From Callorhinchus milii (lineage: Eukaryota), in the NCBI RefSeq assembly GCF_018977255.1, contig NW_024704743.1:70124001-70188000 (forward strand): DNA of 64,000 nucleotides. Reading direction: 5' to 3'. The position numbers and the translations under genes were made by a program. The notes under the pieces were generated by a model, which worked only from the letters and a program-made list of their open reading frames with translations, had not been told where the DNA came from and did not search any database. This document shows positions 39,180 through 51,350 of the stretch, piece by piece; position 1 is the stretch's first letter; each line of letters starts with the position of its first letter.

Positions 39180-39450
39180 CATCAAACGGAGTGGCATCTT
39201 GGAGAGTTTAACAATGGCACAGTTTGACACCGAACCGGAGCGAGAGGGAAGGTGATTATTGGCACGGTCAAAAAGTAAAGTCTTCAGATGAGATTTGAAG
39301 ATGAGCAAAAAGGGTAAAGGTGGAAGGATGGAGGCAAGGAGTTCCATACAGTGGGGGAGGGGGGGCACGGAGGTTTGGATCAGTTGTACTTTGTGATTGG
39401 TGAAACTGATGAGACCGGTGAGGAGTGCATTGGAGAAATCAAGGCACAAG
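39180..39450 (-). mobile_element. Old L2 3' fragment
   Basis: Translates to CLDFSNALLTGL...IFKSHLKTLLFDRA. Confidence 0.7.
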
Positions 39451-39550
39451 GAGATTTCAGCACCACTGCTTTCATGTTGTTTTAAATATTATTTCATTGC
39501 AGCAGATAATTTGGTGCCAGTCTAACATATTAAATTGCAATATATTACAC

Positions 39551-41150
39551 CAGGGTGGTCCAATCTTTTTGCTGCTGATGGGATTTGGGAAACGTCCGCA
39601 GGCCGCATAAGCAATATTTTTGTGTTTCCTTTCCAGAAACATAACTGCAAGAATCATACAGAAATCCTAGGTTTTAAATTGTGCAACTTTTTACTTAATT
39701 TCACTATATTTTAGCTACAATGCTCCAACTTTAAGCAATGTAAAATTCATACAAATTTTTAAATAATAATACTTTTATCAATAATGTACATATATGCAAG
39801 AATAATCATTAAATCCAGAGTAAACAAGGAAAGTGAAATAAATAATTAAGTGAATTAAAATACACATAATTTAACAATGAACAAAATAATGATAATTTCA
39901 AATAGAAATAATATATGCACCAAGTTATTTTATGTATTAAAATCAAAACACAAGATATCAATTCAGCATAAGGAGGCCCCTACAGAGAATACTCAACAAA
40001 ACCAAAACAGATTAATCCATAATTGCAAAACTAACAAAGGGACAAAAAAGATATACTGGATATATAATAATTAAAAATATCAAGAATAAACAAAACAAAC
40101 TAATAATATTCTTTGCATTTGATATAGCGCCTTATCACGTCTTTGAGAAGTCTCAAGCGCTTCACAGAATATACTGTATTGACAGTACATTTTGTGGGTG
40201 AAACACGGCAGCCAATTGTGCACAGCAGTGTCCCACAAACAGTTGTGGATTGAGTGATCAATTTATTATTATTAAATCCAGGTCCTCTTGCTTGCAAGGC
40301 GAGTGCTCTAACCATTAAGCACAAGACTCCACTGTACTTAGAGTGGATTGTATGCAAATTGCACATAATCAAATTATTTTATTTAACATACATTTCCTCA
40401 ACAATTAGAAGACCATTAAATGTCTTTGTGTGAACACTGGAAAATGTTTCTCTTGAAATAGAGCTCCAGTGTCAACGTCAAATTCAGTAGTGAGTGGCAA
40501 GTTGGAGACAGCACCCAAGGGTATTTCTGCACATCCTGTCAACATGCCCTATAACAGTGGTTCAAAATATTCTGATTCCTACAGTGTAGGTGAAGATTAA
40601 GAATGTTGAGATGGCTTGTTATGTCTGTGAAGAAACCCAATGAACACAGGTAGTTCGGATCTTCCAATTCCTCTTCAAACTGAGCGGGGTTACTCTTTAC
40701 ATGTTCCAAAATGAAAATACCTCTTTCCTAAGTGCACAAAATTGCATAAGGCACTTGTGCGCAATCAGCCAATGCACTTCTGAATAGAGAGGTAAACCAT
40801 ATTCTGCATCTAACTGTTCAAGGAAGTTTATGAACTCTCTGTGACTGTGCTCAATTTCCAAATTATTATTATTATAATATTGATCACTATGATGACACTA
40901 GTTATCAGGTTAGTCATTTCCACTGATTTTTTAGCAAAGGGACTCCTGGTGTATGATGCAGTGGACAGTGGTACATTCAATTCCATTTAGTTTCAGCAAA
41001 CCTACCAAACACTTTTTACAGCCGACCATTAATTTTGCATCATCTGTCATGATGTAGGAACACTTCTGAAATCCACAGTGATTTCTTGACTCCAATAGTG
41101 AAATGCAGACAAGGAGATACAATCTTAAAATTAGAGCAAAGCCAGTCAAA
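39551..41150 (-). mobile_element. hAT (Charlie/Buster, GTF2IRD2-like) transposon fossil: transposase remnant plus 3' terminal inverted repeat (TIR)
   Basis: Minus-strand peptides TDDAKLMVGCKKCLVGLLK..VHCIIHQESLC, HREFINFLEQLDAEYGLPLYSEVHWL and ELEDPNYLCSLGFFTDITSHLNILNLHL, with stops and frameshifts. TIR cagggtggtccaa at 39551. Confidence 0.88.
40101..40331 (-). mobile_element. Internally deleted SINE inserted in the hAT fossil
   Basis: Head joined directly to the Deu core and tail. Confidence 0.85.
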
Positions 41151-41429
41151 ACAATGTAGAAAGCAGTTCCATCAATGTTTTGTTAGGAGAAAAAAAGTTC
41201 AAGGAAATTGGAATAAATAGAATAGGAATTATTATGAACTAATAAAACGGACGAGCCAGCTTGATGGAACAATTTGTTCATTTCTATATTCTTTTCTTTT
41301 CCAAATGCCTTTTAAAAATACACCATTAATCTGTAATATAGTAATATTCCCCTTTCCAAAACTAGGCTGTGGAGAACACAGTAAGCTAAAATTAATTTTG
41401 TGTCTCTAATTAGCACATGTTACAAAGCA

Positions 41430-41615
41430 TGACCAAACAGCCCAACAACAAAATCTCAGATCTAATTTGTTAAATTTGTCCTCTAATATAACTTGTGTTG
41501 ATGCATGCACCTCATTATAGCGTCTCTCAGAGTTTGTCCTTGCATTCATTAAGGGGCTAATGAGCCAGGGAGCCAATGCATCGCAGATATGTCGCAGTAA
41601 CCATCCATCCACCCA
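41430..41615 (-). mobile_element. PIF/Harbinger transposase remnant
   Basis: GWLLRHICDALAPWLISPLMNARTNSERRYNEVHASTQVILEDKFNKLDLRFCC resembles the HARBI1-type GWLLGDxGYPLxPWLxTP...ExxYNxxHxxTRxxIExxFGxLKxRFRCL block. Confidence 0.75.
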
Positions 41616-44402
41616 TAGCTTGAGAGAATATTTGTTATATTAATGCTTGCTGCTAACGTGCATTGTCAAACAAAATTAATTATTAAACTATGCAGCATAA
41701 AATTTCAGTAACATGCCTTTTTATGCATCTTATAAGTACCCAAAAGCTGCCTATGGCTCAGAGGTCGAGTACAATGGTAAGCAACACAGCAACATGAACA
41801 GTGGGACCAGTTCTGGAACCTGGCTACAGTCATGCCTGAATCTGAAAAGTTTAGATAAGGCATAATCTCTGGATCACTAGTCTTCTAGTATTCCAGGTCT
41901 TCCAGGAATGATACATGTGAGCTAGTTACCTTCTCATTCTGTAGGTGAGTCTACAGTAGTAGTCTACCAAGACTGACAAAGAAGATTAACTCAATTCCAC
42001 CATTTTGTCACCTTGGAGCCAATTCAACTCCAAACAATTCAGCTCCAAGGAGACCCTGCTTACAACAACAAGATTACATTTGTATAGCGCCTTTCACGTC
42101 AGGAGGACGTCCCAAGGCACTGAAACAACAACAACTTGCATTTATGTAGAGCCCCTCACACAGGGTAACATCCCAGAGCGCTTTATCCCAGGAGAATAAA
42201 CTTTTCTATCTCAACAGCTAGAAGTAAAATTGACGAGGATTTGACAAGGATAAATATGGAAGAATGCCTTGGGATATCGTCCCAACATGAAAGGTACTGT
42301 ATCATATTATTGCTTCCTTCTCACTTTCGAAACTACATCCCCATCTCTTGCATTTTTCACACTATTTGATTTGTGAACCCTGTATTTAAGACTGTATTCA
42401 ATATTTCAGCAATTTCCCTTCCTTGACATCCTCTGCCCATCATTTCTCAGTGATATAGCAGCTCAACTTACTTTTTGCTTGCTCCTAATACATTTAAGAA
42501 AGGTTTTACTATTTTCTTACATGATTTTAACTAGATATTCCTCATTCTCCCTTTTTACTACTTTATCAATTTCTTGGAATTTCTCAATCTCCCCAACCTG
42601 TTCATTTCCTGAATATTTAAAGAAAGTGCAAGGTTTCTCCCCAACAACTTCCATAAGTTTTTTTGATCAGCTGTGCTGACTTTATCTTTCTGCTCCTCTC
42701 ACAACTTATGTTGAGGATACATTTCTTTTGTATATTAAAAAGCTCTCTTTTTACAACTTTCCTTCCATATACTTTCTTAATATCCTCCTAATATCATGTC
42801 ACAAAAATATGCAGATCCAGAAACAATTTGGAGAAGTTGAATATTATTGTTGAATATTTAGGTTCCTAACCATTTATTAATAAAAACTATACAATACCTT
42901 TCGATAATAATACACAGAAATACACAATCACTAAAATTGATGGTAATTTCCTATGAAGCATTTAGAGATATTTATAGGTGCTTAAATAAAACACAAATAA
43001 AGTTGTTATTAAATACATCTAATACTATATTCGATGACCCCTTTCAAAATAGATGGATCTGGAATAATCTGGATAAGCATAGTTCAAGATGGTTATATAC
43101 TCTGTAAAGTATGAGGTGACACCATGAAAAAAAACGTCATCGACCAGCGCTGAACACCAGAAGTTGCAAGGTTAGATAAATATTGATTATCCTTAAGGAC
43201 AGGAAGACACTTTTCAGTACTTTCCTTTATGTGAAAGGCACCATAAAAGTGAAAGCTGTCATTCCTATTGTACGGTTATGCAAAATATGCTTGTTCTGTG
43301 AAATAAAGGCAATTCTTTTTAACCAATGTTGACAAGCAGCTTAAAATTTCCCATCTGCTAGAAGATATCCCTTTCCTATTCATCATTTTTAAAAATCTTT
43401 ATAGACAAGACGTTTCAGGTCTCTTTTGGATCAGGAAGCCACTCCATTGACACCAGATGCTGCAGTGACGGTAGTGCCTAGCAGCAACTCCTCAGAGAAA
43501 CCCATACATTGATAGCTATGGCTATGACAGGTTCAAATCAGGAAGCATCCAAACTGACAAAAGCTGGCACTAACTGCGCTGGCACAGGATACATAGCTGA
43601 TGTAAACTTCTTTTGGTTCAATCTCCTAGAAGCCAATTTAGAACATTCTTTGCCGCTGATTACAATATGTCCATAACTGATGTCATCAGAGCAGATTCTT
43701 GATATGAAGGGAGACTAAAATGGCAGATCTCCATAGTGCCATTTTGTCAGAGTTACAATGCCCTTTCTGTTTACAGAAAGGGCATTGTAACCCTGACAAA
43801 ATGGCTTCACAAAAATAAGCCACTATGATTTCACTGAATAATTTCTGGAGCCCAGCAGCTCTAAAAATAACAACAAAAATGAAGACATTTGTTTTCAATT
43901 TTTTGAGGGGGGGGAGGGGGGATAGACACACAGAAGACAAAATCTAATTAAAATATCATCTCGTCACTTTGTTGTACAAAGCCCACTTTATGCACATCTT
44001 GCCATGTCATTTACAAGAAAACAGCTGCACTTTAATCTACAATGCTGATTTCATTACTAACTAAATAAGTTATGGTTCAAAATGTCAAACATAAGGAAAT
44101 TTACAAAAAGTACCATTCCAACTGCCAAACAATTTATTTTTCCAGTTATGCTGGGAGCTCAGGACTGTTTGGATACACAAATACTGCTCTCTGATCAGCC
44201 AGCAGGAGGCATGATTCTGTAAGGAAAACCTGTTTTCAGCGACTTTCTATCCAAACTGAATGTCTCATATTCATGAAGCCAGTGGAGAAGAATTAACTCA
44301 ATGTGGCAGTGAGTTGAAGTGACAAAATGTCTTGGAATTCAAGCTTGTGCCACTGTGGTTGGGAATCAAGCAGCCACATTTCTTTGGCTATTAAATTATC
44401 TT

Positions 44403-44613
44403 TGAGTTCGATTCCCAGCAGGGCAAAACGTTAGGCAAGTTTCCATACTCCAAACGCCTGTTTACCTAGCAGTGGGACACTGCTGTGCGCAATTAGCTGC
44501 TACGTTTCGCCCACAAAGTATACAGTCCTTTTACTTCATAGTATATTCTGTGAAGTGTTTTTAAACATCTCGAAGACATGATAAGGCGCTATATAAAATG
44601 CAAACACTATTAT
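44403..44613 (+). mobile_element. Partial SINE
   Basis: B box, gcctgtttacctagcag block, partial Deu core and tail. Confidence 0.8.
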
Positions 44614-44679
44614 TATTATTATATCTCAATATGCTTTCAAAATTCATCAATATAATAATATGGCTCCTAATACTAATAA

Positions 44680-45090
44680 TTTCACATGTAGGATAATGTC
44701 CCGGAGTACTGTACATGGGTGGGGTTGGATCCTGAGCAAGGACGAAGGGGGAGGGAAAGTTGACCATAAGCACAGTCGAAGAGGTAGGCTTTAACGCTGG
44801 ATTTAAAGCTAGAGGGGTGATGTGAAGAGATTGAGACAGGGAGTTCCAGAAATTAGGGGCATGGTATCCCAAGGCACAGCCAACGATGGTGGCCTAATGG
44901 GAGTCAGGGGATGTGCTGTGTAAGATAAGCAAAGGGGGTGGAACAAGCACAGTAGTGGGGTACAACCAGAGAGGTAGGAAGGTGCTATGGTGTGAAGGGA
45001 TTTCTATGTGAGTCTGAGGATCTTGAAGTCGATCTTTTTGTAGAGAGGGAAACTTGCGAGGATTGGGGTGAAGGGTGGGTGTGGGTGAGG
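44680..45090 (-). mobile_element. Old L2 3' fragment
   Basis: Translates to APNFWNSLSQSL; also contains gaggatcttgaagtcgatc. Confidence 0.65.
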
Positions 45091-45999
45091 GAGGGCGGCA
45101 GATCGGGTAGGGCGTCAGCTAAAACTGCAATGCCACAACTAGGAGTAAGGGATCAGCAAAAACATCAAGAGATGCATTGCACATCATTCACCATCACATA
45201 ATTTATCCAAAGTCTGTAAAGCTTAAAAGCAGCTTCTTACACCATTGAAACATTTTAATTATCAAGTGACACTACAGTTCTGGAATGAAGAACTCCAATA
45301 TGTATTCTTAAACTTTCATCCAAAATTGTCTCTATCAAAAGCAGCAGAGGTTACATCTGTAAACAACTGTAAGAAGCTTATCTAGAAGGAGCATCTTCAT
45401 TTACTTGTAAATCTTGTTTTTAAGGCTTATTTATTATTAGCAAGGCCTTTGCTTGGTATTTGTTTTACAAGTTTATTCAATTTAACAAAGAATCACGTAA
45501 ATCTGAGTTCTGGTGGTTATATTTTCTACATTCCAACATTATGCGAGGTGGCACATGAGTTTTAAAAATCTCCTAGCTTCTACTAGCTCACAAAATGGAC
45601 TGTTAAGCAGTCCCTTTTTCCAGGTTATGACGAATGTAAAAGATGAAAACTTGAAACTTTTATATTGTAGGTTATGTGGTTGGCTTACAGAAACTGTTTT
45701 CTAGCAAATATCCAAATAGGCAAAACTGTTGTATGAGTGGTCCAGGCAGTGCACTGCAATAATGCGTCCGCTAAACTCATACATGAGCAGGTTTGTGGAA
45801 TATTGCTATGCGCAACTTGCTCCATGTTTGCCCACAAAGTACAGTCATTCCACTTTACAGCATATTCAGTGAAGTGTTTTGGGCATTCTTCCAACGTGAA
45901 AGGCACTACACCAAATGGAAAGATTATTAAGGTGTAAAGAGTTGTTACCAACCATGGGTCCCAGCAAGACTCATCACCTTCAAGAAAGAAAGAACGAAG

Positions 46000-46547
46000 G
46001 CTTGTCAGCCTTCCCAACTCTTCCCTCCACAAGCTGCAGATCACTAGGCTTCGGGACCACATCACTCCCACCTTCGTTCGCCTCCACTGGCTCCCCATCC
46101 CCCAGAGGATCGATTTCAAGATCCTCATCCTCACCTACAAGGCCATTCACGGCCTTGCTCCCTCCTACCTCTCCGACCTACTATCCCCCTACCTACCTGC
46201 CCGTATCCTCCGTTCCTCTGGCTCCGGTCTGCTCCACATCCCCCGCCCCAACCACCCTACCATCGGTGGCCGGGCCTTCAGCCTCTCAACCCCGAGGCTT
46301 TGGAACTCTATCCCCCAGTGCTTTCGCCCCCTCCTCCTTTTCCTCCTTCAAGGCCGGTCTCAAGACCTTTCTCTTTGACCGTGCCTTCAGCTCCCCTCTC
46401 GACTCTCTACCCCCTCCTTGCTCCCTCCCTTCCCTCCCCTCACCCTGACCATTTCCCCCCTGCTCGGGTCCTGACCCAACTGTACAGCCCCTTGGGACGT
46501 CCTCCCGACGTGAAAGGCGCTCTATAAATGGAATCTTGTTGTTGTTG
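46000..46547 (+). mobile_element. Young L2 3' end
   Basis: Very similar to the reverse complement of 6385-6960, with a short internal deletion near 46040; (TTG)n tail. Confidence 0.92.
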
Positions 46548-46548
46548 A

Positions 46549-46905
46549 TCACCCTCACCAGGCTCCGTGACTCCATCAACCCCACCCTCGCCCGGCTCCA
46601 CTGGCTCCCCATTCCCCAGAGGATAGAGTTCAAAATCCTCGTCCTTGTCGGTCAGGCCTTCAGCCTCTCTGTCCCCACCCTTTGGAACTCCATCCCACAT
46701 TCCCTTCTCCTCACTCTTCCTTGCATCCTTCAAGGCAGGTCTCAAAAACCTCCTCTTCAACCTAGCCTTCGATCACCCTATTACCCTCCGCCCTCCCAGA
46801 TCCCGACCCCCAGCTCGGGTCCAAATCCCTGACTGTCCAGCACGTTGGGACGTCCTCCTGACTTGAAAGGCGCTATACAAATGTGATTTTGTATTGTATT
46901 GCAAT
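46549..46905 (+). mobile_element. Second L2 3' end in tandem, internally deleted, (TATTG)n tail
   Basis: Translates to LARLHWLPIPQRIEFKIL and ASFKAGLKNLLFNLAF. Confidence 0.88.
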
Positions 46906-47307
46906 AGAAAAAAATGGAAACAGAATAAAAAAAAAATGTTGCATTAACAAAACTGGTGCAGCTCAGAACAACAAGTTCAAAGATCTCAGCTCCCTTATAC
47001 GGGTATTTAACTGCCATTAGCCATTCAGTTCTGTGTGACTCATACCTTACAGACCTTAAATGTTTGGTGAAAGTATCATCTTCCATGTGTAAGATGGCCT
47101 TCCAAGCTATTCTAAAAAACTGAGGGAAAACTACATTTCTAAACTATTTATGGAGAGAAATCCCTTTTGAAATAAAGTGTTGGTGTGAATAATCTTTTAT
47201 TTAAGTGCTGATCTCAATTAACTGGATCTAGAATCATACCCTATCCTAGCAGTACCTACACAGGGATTAGAGCATGGTTCCTGGCACCTAGGCACTCTCC
47301 AATAACT

Positions 47308-47376
47308 CAACAACAACAACAACAAGATTGCATTTATAGAGCGTCTTTCACGTCGAGAAGACGTCCCAAGGCGCTG
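47308..47376 (-). mobile_element. L2 tail-only insertion (a similar one lies at 42062-42122)
   Basis: (CAA)n-gattgcatttatagagcgtctttcacgtcgagaagacgtcccaaggcgct. Confidence 0.75.
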
Positions 47377-50300
47377 AGACCAAGTGATCATTCTTCATAT
47401 GCAAGCTCAGATAGTGAGTGTCGGCAGGGCACTTGAACATGAGGGCATCAAACACATGCACTTTTCAGCAGAGGTCACTGGAGAGCAATCAGGAACAAAC
47501 CCTCAATAGCCCATGAAAACTGTGGCCAACTGTATGCAGTATCTGACCACTGCCACTCCAGCTTCTTGTTGGAATGGATTTAAGGTCTCTGTACAGAAAT
47601 GTGTTGTGTTTAATAAAGATTTCTGGCATTTCAGTCTTCAATCCAAAATAACTAGTTTCAGGGACAAGATCAGTAGATGTATTGAACAGGCCCATTGTTG
47701 AGGAAAATAATTTGGACTGTTTTTTGTAATATTCAATGTTTGACTGAATTCATTGTGATTCTAGCAGCTTTATTCATCTACAGCTATTTCTCTGCTGCCC
47801 CTAAATAGCTTCACTTCTTACTATGAGCAAAAATAAACAAAATAGTGGAAAAATGGAAATAGTTCAAATGGGCTTAAGGGCTTTCTACATCCAAACCTTT
47901 CTTCTGACTTTGTAAAGTTTAGAGGCAGAGCCAATTGAATGTTAAAACAGACCCCACCTAACTCACAAAAATGCACCAGTGTATCATTTATTGTTGTAAA
48001 TCACGAAACCAAACAGAAAGTTTTTTTTAAGTAAGGAAATATGTAAAAATCTATATTCATCTCATATACCAACACACTTAGAGAAAATGTATGGTGTAAT
48101 AAATAAAATGAATCCTCTGGTAATAGACAGTCTTCTCACCTGAAAGAAATGTAACAGTTGGGACAGACTCTCAAATTAAAAGCTCATTATTTTTTGTCAA
48201 ACCTTAAGCATCACATCCACACACAGCTTTAATGAATGGGACTTTTCGGATGACCAGGTGTGTATGATGATAATTGGTGGCAGTGAATGTATAAATCCGT
48301 GGGGAGCAGGAGAGGGGGAGGGAGAAACTACACAGAATAGTATTTAGTTCAGTAATGCCATTAAGGCAACTGTATTTGCTATTCACTAATGTTTCAAATA
48401 GAATTTTACCAGATACATCAAAGAATTGCTATTGCAAAACAGTAAGTGCTCCAATACAATGGTTAAACCAGGTATGGACATCCCCTTTTTTTCATAATCG
48501 TTACAGCAGAATTATTCTGTATGACAAATGCAAATGGCAATTTGGTGTAATATGATAAGGCATTTCACAAGCAGCATCTATTAAATACTGGGACTTAAAT
48601 TAATAGTTAAATTAACAGTCATATTTTAGAGGTAAACATGAACATTCTTGTGGCCTACAGGAAACAATTTTGTACATTGATCAGCTTATTCTTATCCTCA
48701 AATTTATGCCATTTAAATGATCAAACTAGCATTTAAGAGAAATTTTATACTTTTATGGTAAATGGTATCTGCTCCTTGATGTTAATTGCTTCCACATATA
48801 CATTGTTTTGTGAATGGTGTTGAAATCTTGCACACAATAAAAAAGGTGATATTGTGTCTCTTTTTAGCGGTATCAACCCTCCATAGTACTGGCAAAAGCG
48901 CCCGTGTCTTAAAGTGCATATTCTCTAGGAAAATTCTCTACCACAACAGGCTCACGAGACTTCGACTCAGGTTTGAGTTAAAATCTCATGAATGTACATG
49001 TCATACAAGAAATCTTCTGGAGAAAATGTTTATCTGTGCAGCAGAGAACATGAAAATAAACATCTATAGTGTATGTATGCTGCATCTGATTTCATGCCAT
49101 TTATGCAATGGCACTGTACATTTTACACATGTACAAAATAGCATTGTCCTACACCACCCTCCCTTCAAGTGTAGGTGCGAAGTCCGTCAATCAAAAACTA
49201 TCAGCCACAGGGAGAGTCACTGAGACTGCAAGCGATTCGATTCTAGCTTCACTATCGGTGGGCAAGTAGCATAATATAAACGCAGCATTATAGAAAACAC
49301 AAGGAGCATTTATTTCTGAAAAGTTATTGACATTCACTTACATACAATCCCATTAAGTACCATCTCTATGCCAATGAAGTGTTAACAACTGGTTCATTTG
49401 GTAGTGCTCTTACATGTGGGTCAGAAAATTGTGGATTCAAGCCTCAAGTTGGGACTTTGATTTCAAGGCCAAAGCTTTTGCATTCCAGTGCTAGGGAAAG
49501 CGGAGTAGGTGTGCAGATCTTTAGCAGAATTATCAGTAATTGAAGGGCAGCTTAGAAAGGTTAAACAATACCCATACAGTGACGATATCCAACTTTGTGT
49601 ACACCAGTGATTCTTTCTCTGATACAGGCATTTCCTGGAGACTCTCATTTCAACGTACGATGTCGCTCCCAGTCTGAATATGAAAGCAATGGACCATTCA
49701 TTGCTCTCTTTAGGCTTGGTACTAAACATTTCTTAGAAAATCTGGGTTGTGGTCTGTGTAGTATGCAGTAATGAAAAATAATTAACATAGACAAATGTAC
49801 AGTTCACTATCAAAATAAAATGGGTGTGGGGAGGGGTGGAAATCTCTCGACTCCAGCCTTCGCGATGAATTGTATTATCTTCCCTGATACAGACTAATTT
49901 GTGTTCTTATCATGATTCTGATCTATCAAACACAATCTCAGAGAAGCAAGTCAAAATGAGACCATCTGGTTAGTATTTTAAACTAGAAAAGTACTTCTTT
50001 TCACTGTGCAATAAAACCAGTTAGGTAGGGCAGAGACCACCTGAATATAAATCAAATATTTCATGTTATTTAAGGTGTATGTCTGTTGGCTATTTGAAAA
50101 CTCCTCTTTAATTTATTACAGCAACACACACAATACTCATGTCATACTCATTTTCTAAATCAATAATCAGCACAGCATGCTTCATTAACAACATCCAATC
50201 ACAAGCAAGTTAGGGATCTCTTTTAACAACATGAGCAATCCAGAGACATAAACCATCTGCCACTTGTAGTAACAGAAAAATCAAATTAATCCATTCTTAT

Positions 50301-51049
50301 CATGCATTCAGATTTTTAAGCAATTAAAGATGCTCTTAGCGTAATCGCAGCAGCAGAAGTACCTCTATAATGAGAAACGCAAACCCTTCAGTGAACTTTA
50401 CGCTGTTATAAATTTGTTTTGTACCTTTACAAGCTTTCTACACTATGAACTTCTGTATGCTGCTGTTAAAAATGAGGTTTCAATTACAAAACCAATGTAC
50501 ATAAATCATTTTAGTGGGCAAGTCTGTCATTTCTGTGAATGAGGCCTCAGAGTTTGCCGTATCGACCAGCATTTCAGCTTTACGCAGCAAACTTTCAAAA
50601 TACTAGCTGCACAAATACTACCTGTACCATTAGCTAGTGTGCATAACTGGAACCAGTGTAAATAAGATATAAAGATCAAATTGAACCACAAAAAATACAA
50701 CTACACAATTTTCTTTTATAAAAATTTGGTTTAAATGCCATTGAAACATTTGTAGAAGTCAGTATTTGGTAAAGCTAATCATGTTATATTTTTGCCTAAC
50801 CATGAAGAGTTCTACAACGTAATATATTCTCAGTCTTAATCACCAAGTGTTAAAGCACTAAAATAAAAAGCCAAAATAGCAGTGAAACCACCATTACTAT
50901 AAGCTCTGTTGTATTGGAGATTCTTTAAAACAGATCTTTGCAACAGTCATTTATTAAAAGAATTGTATTGATCTAAATTGTTCTGTTCTTAATTCTTGAA
51001 AGGCTAATGAAGTATGAAGTATTATGCTGCCTGAGAACTCAGTGAATTT

Positions 51050-51350
51050 ATAATAATAATCCTTGAATTCACTATATATTTTGTGAGCGAAACGCGGTAG
51101 CGAATTGCACACAGTAGTGTCCCACAAACAGCCGTGGATTGAGTAACCAAATTATTATTAGTTTTTTTAAGGGGTTATTACCACCGGAAAAGTGATCCGC
51201 CAATCAGCTAACAATTGGGGTCCTACATACTGCTAGATAAACAGAGGTGTGTGGAGTAAGGAAACTTGCCTAACGTTTCACCCTCCTGGGAATTAAACCC
51301 AGGTTTCCCGCTTGTGAGGCGAGTGCTCTAACCACTAAGCTACAGGACTT
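51050..51350 (-). mobile_element. Deu-type SINE, long form
   Basis: Head, tgctagataaacagagg block and Deu core. Confidence 0.88.
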
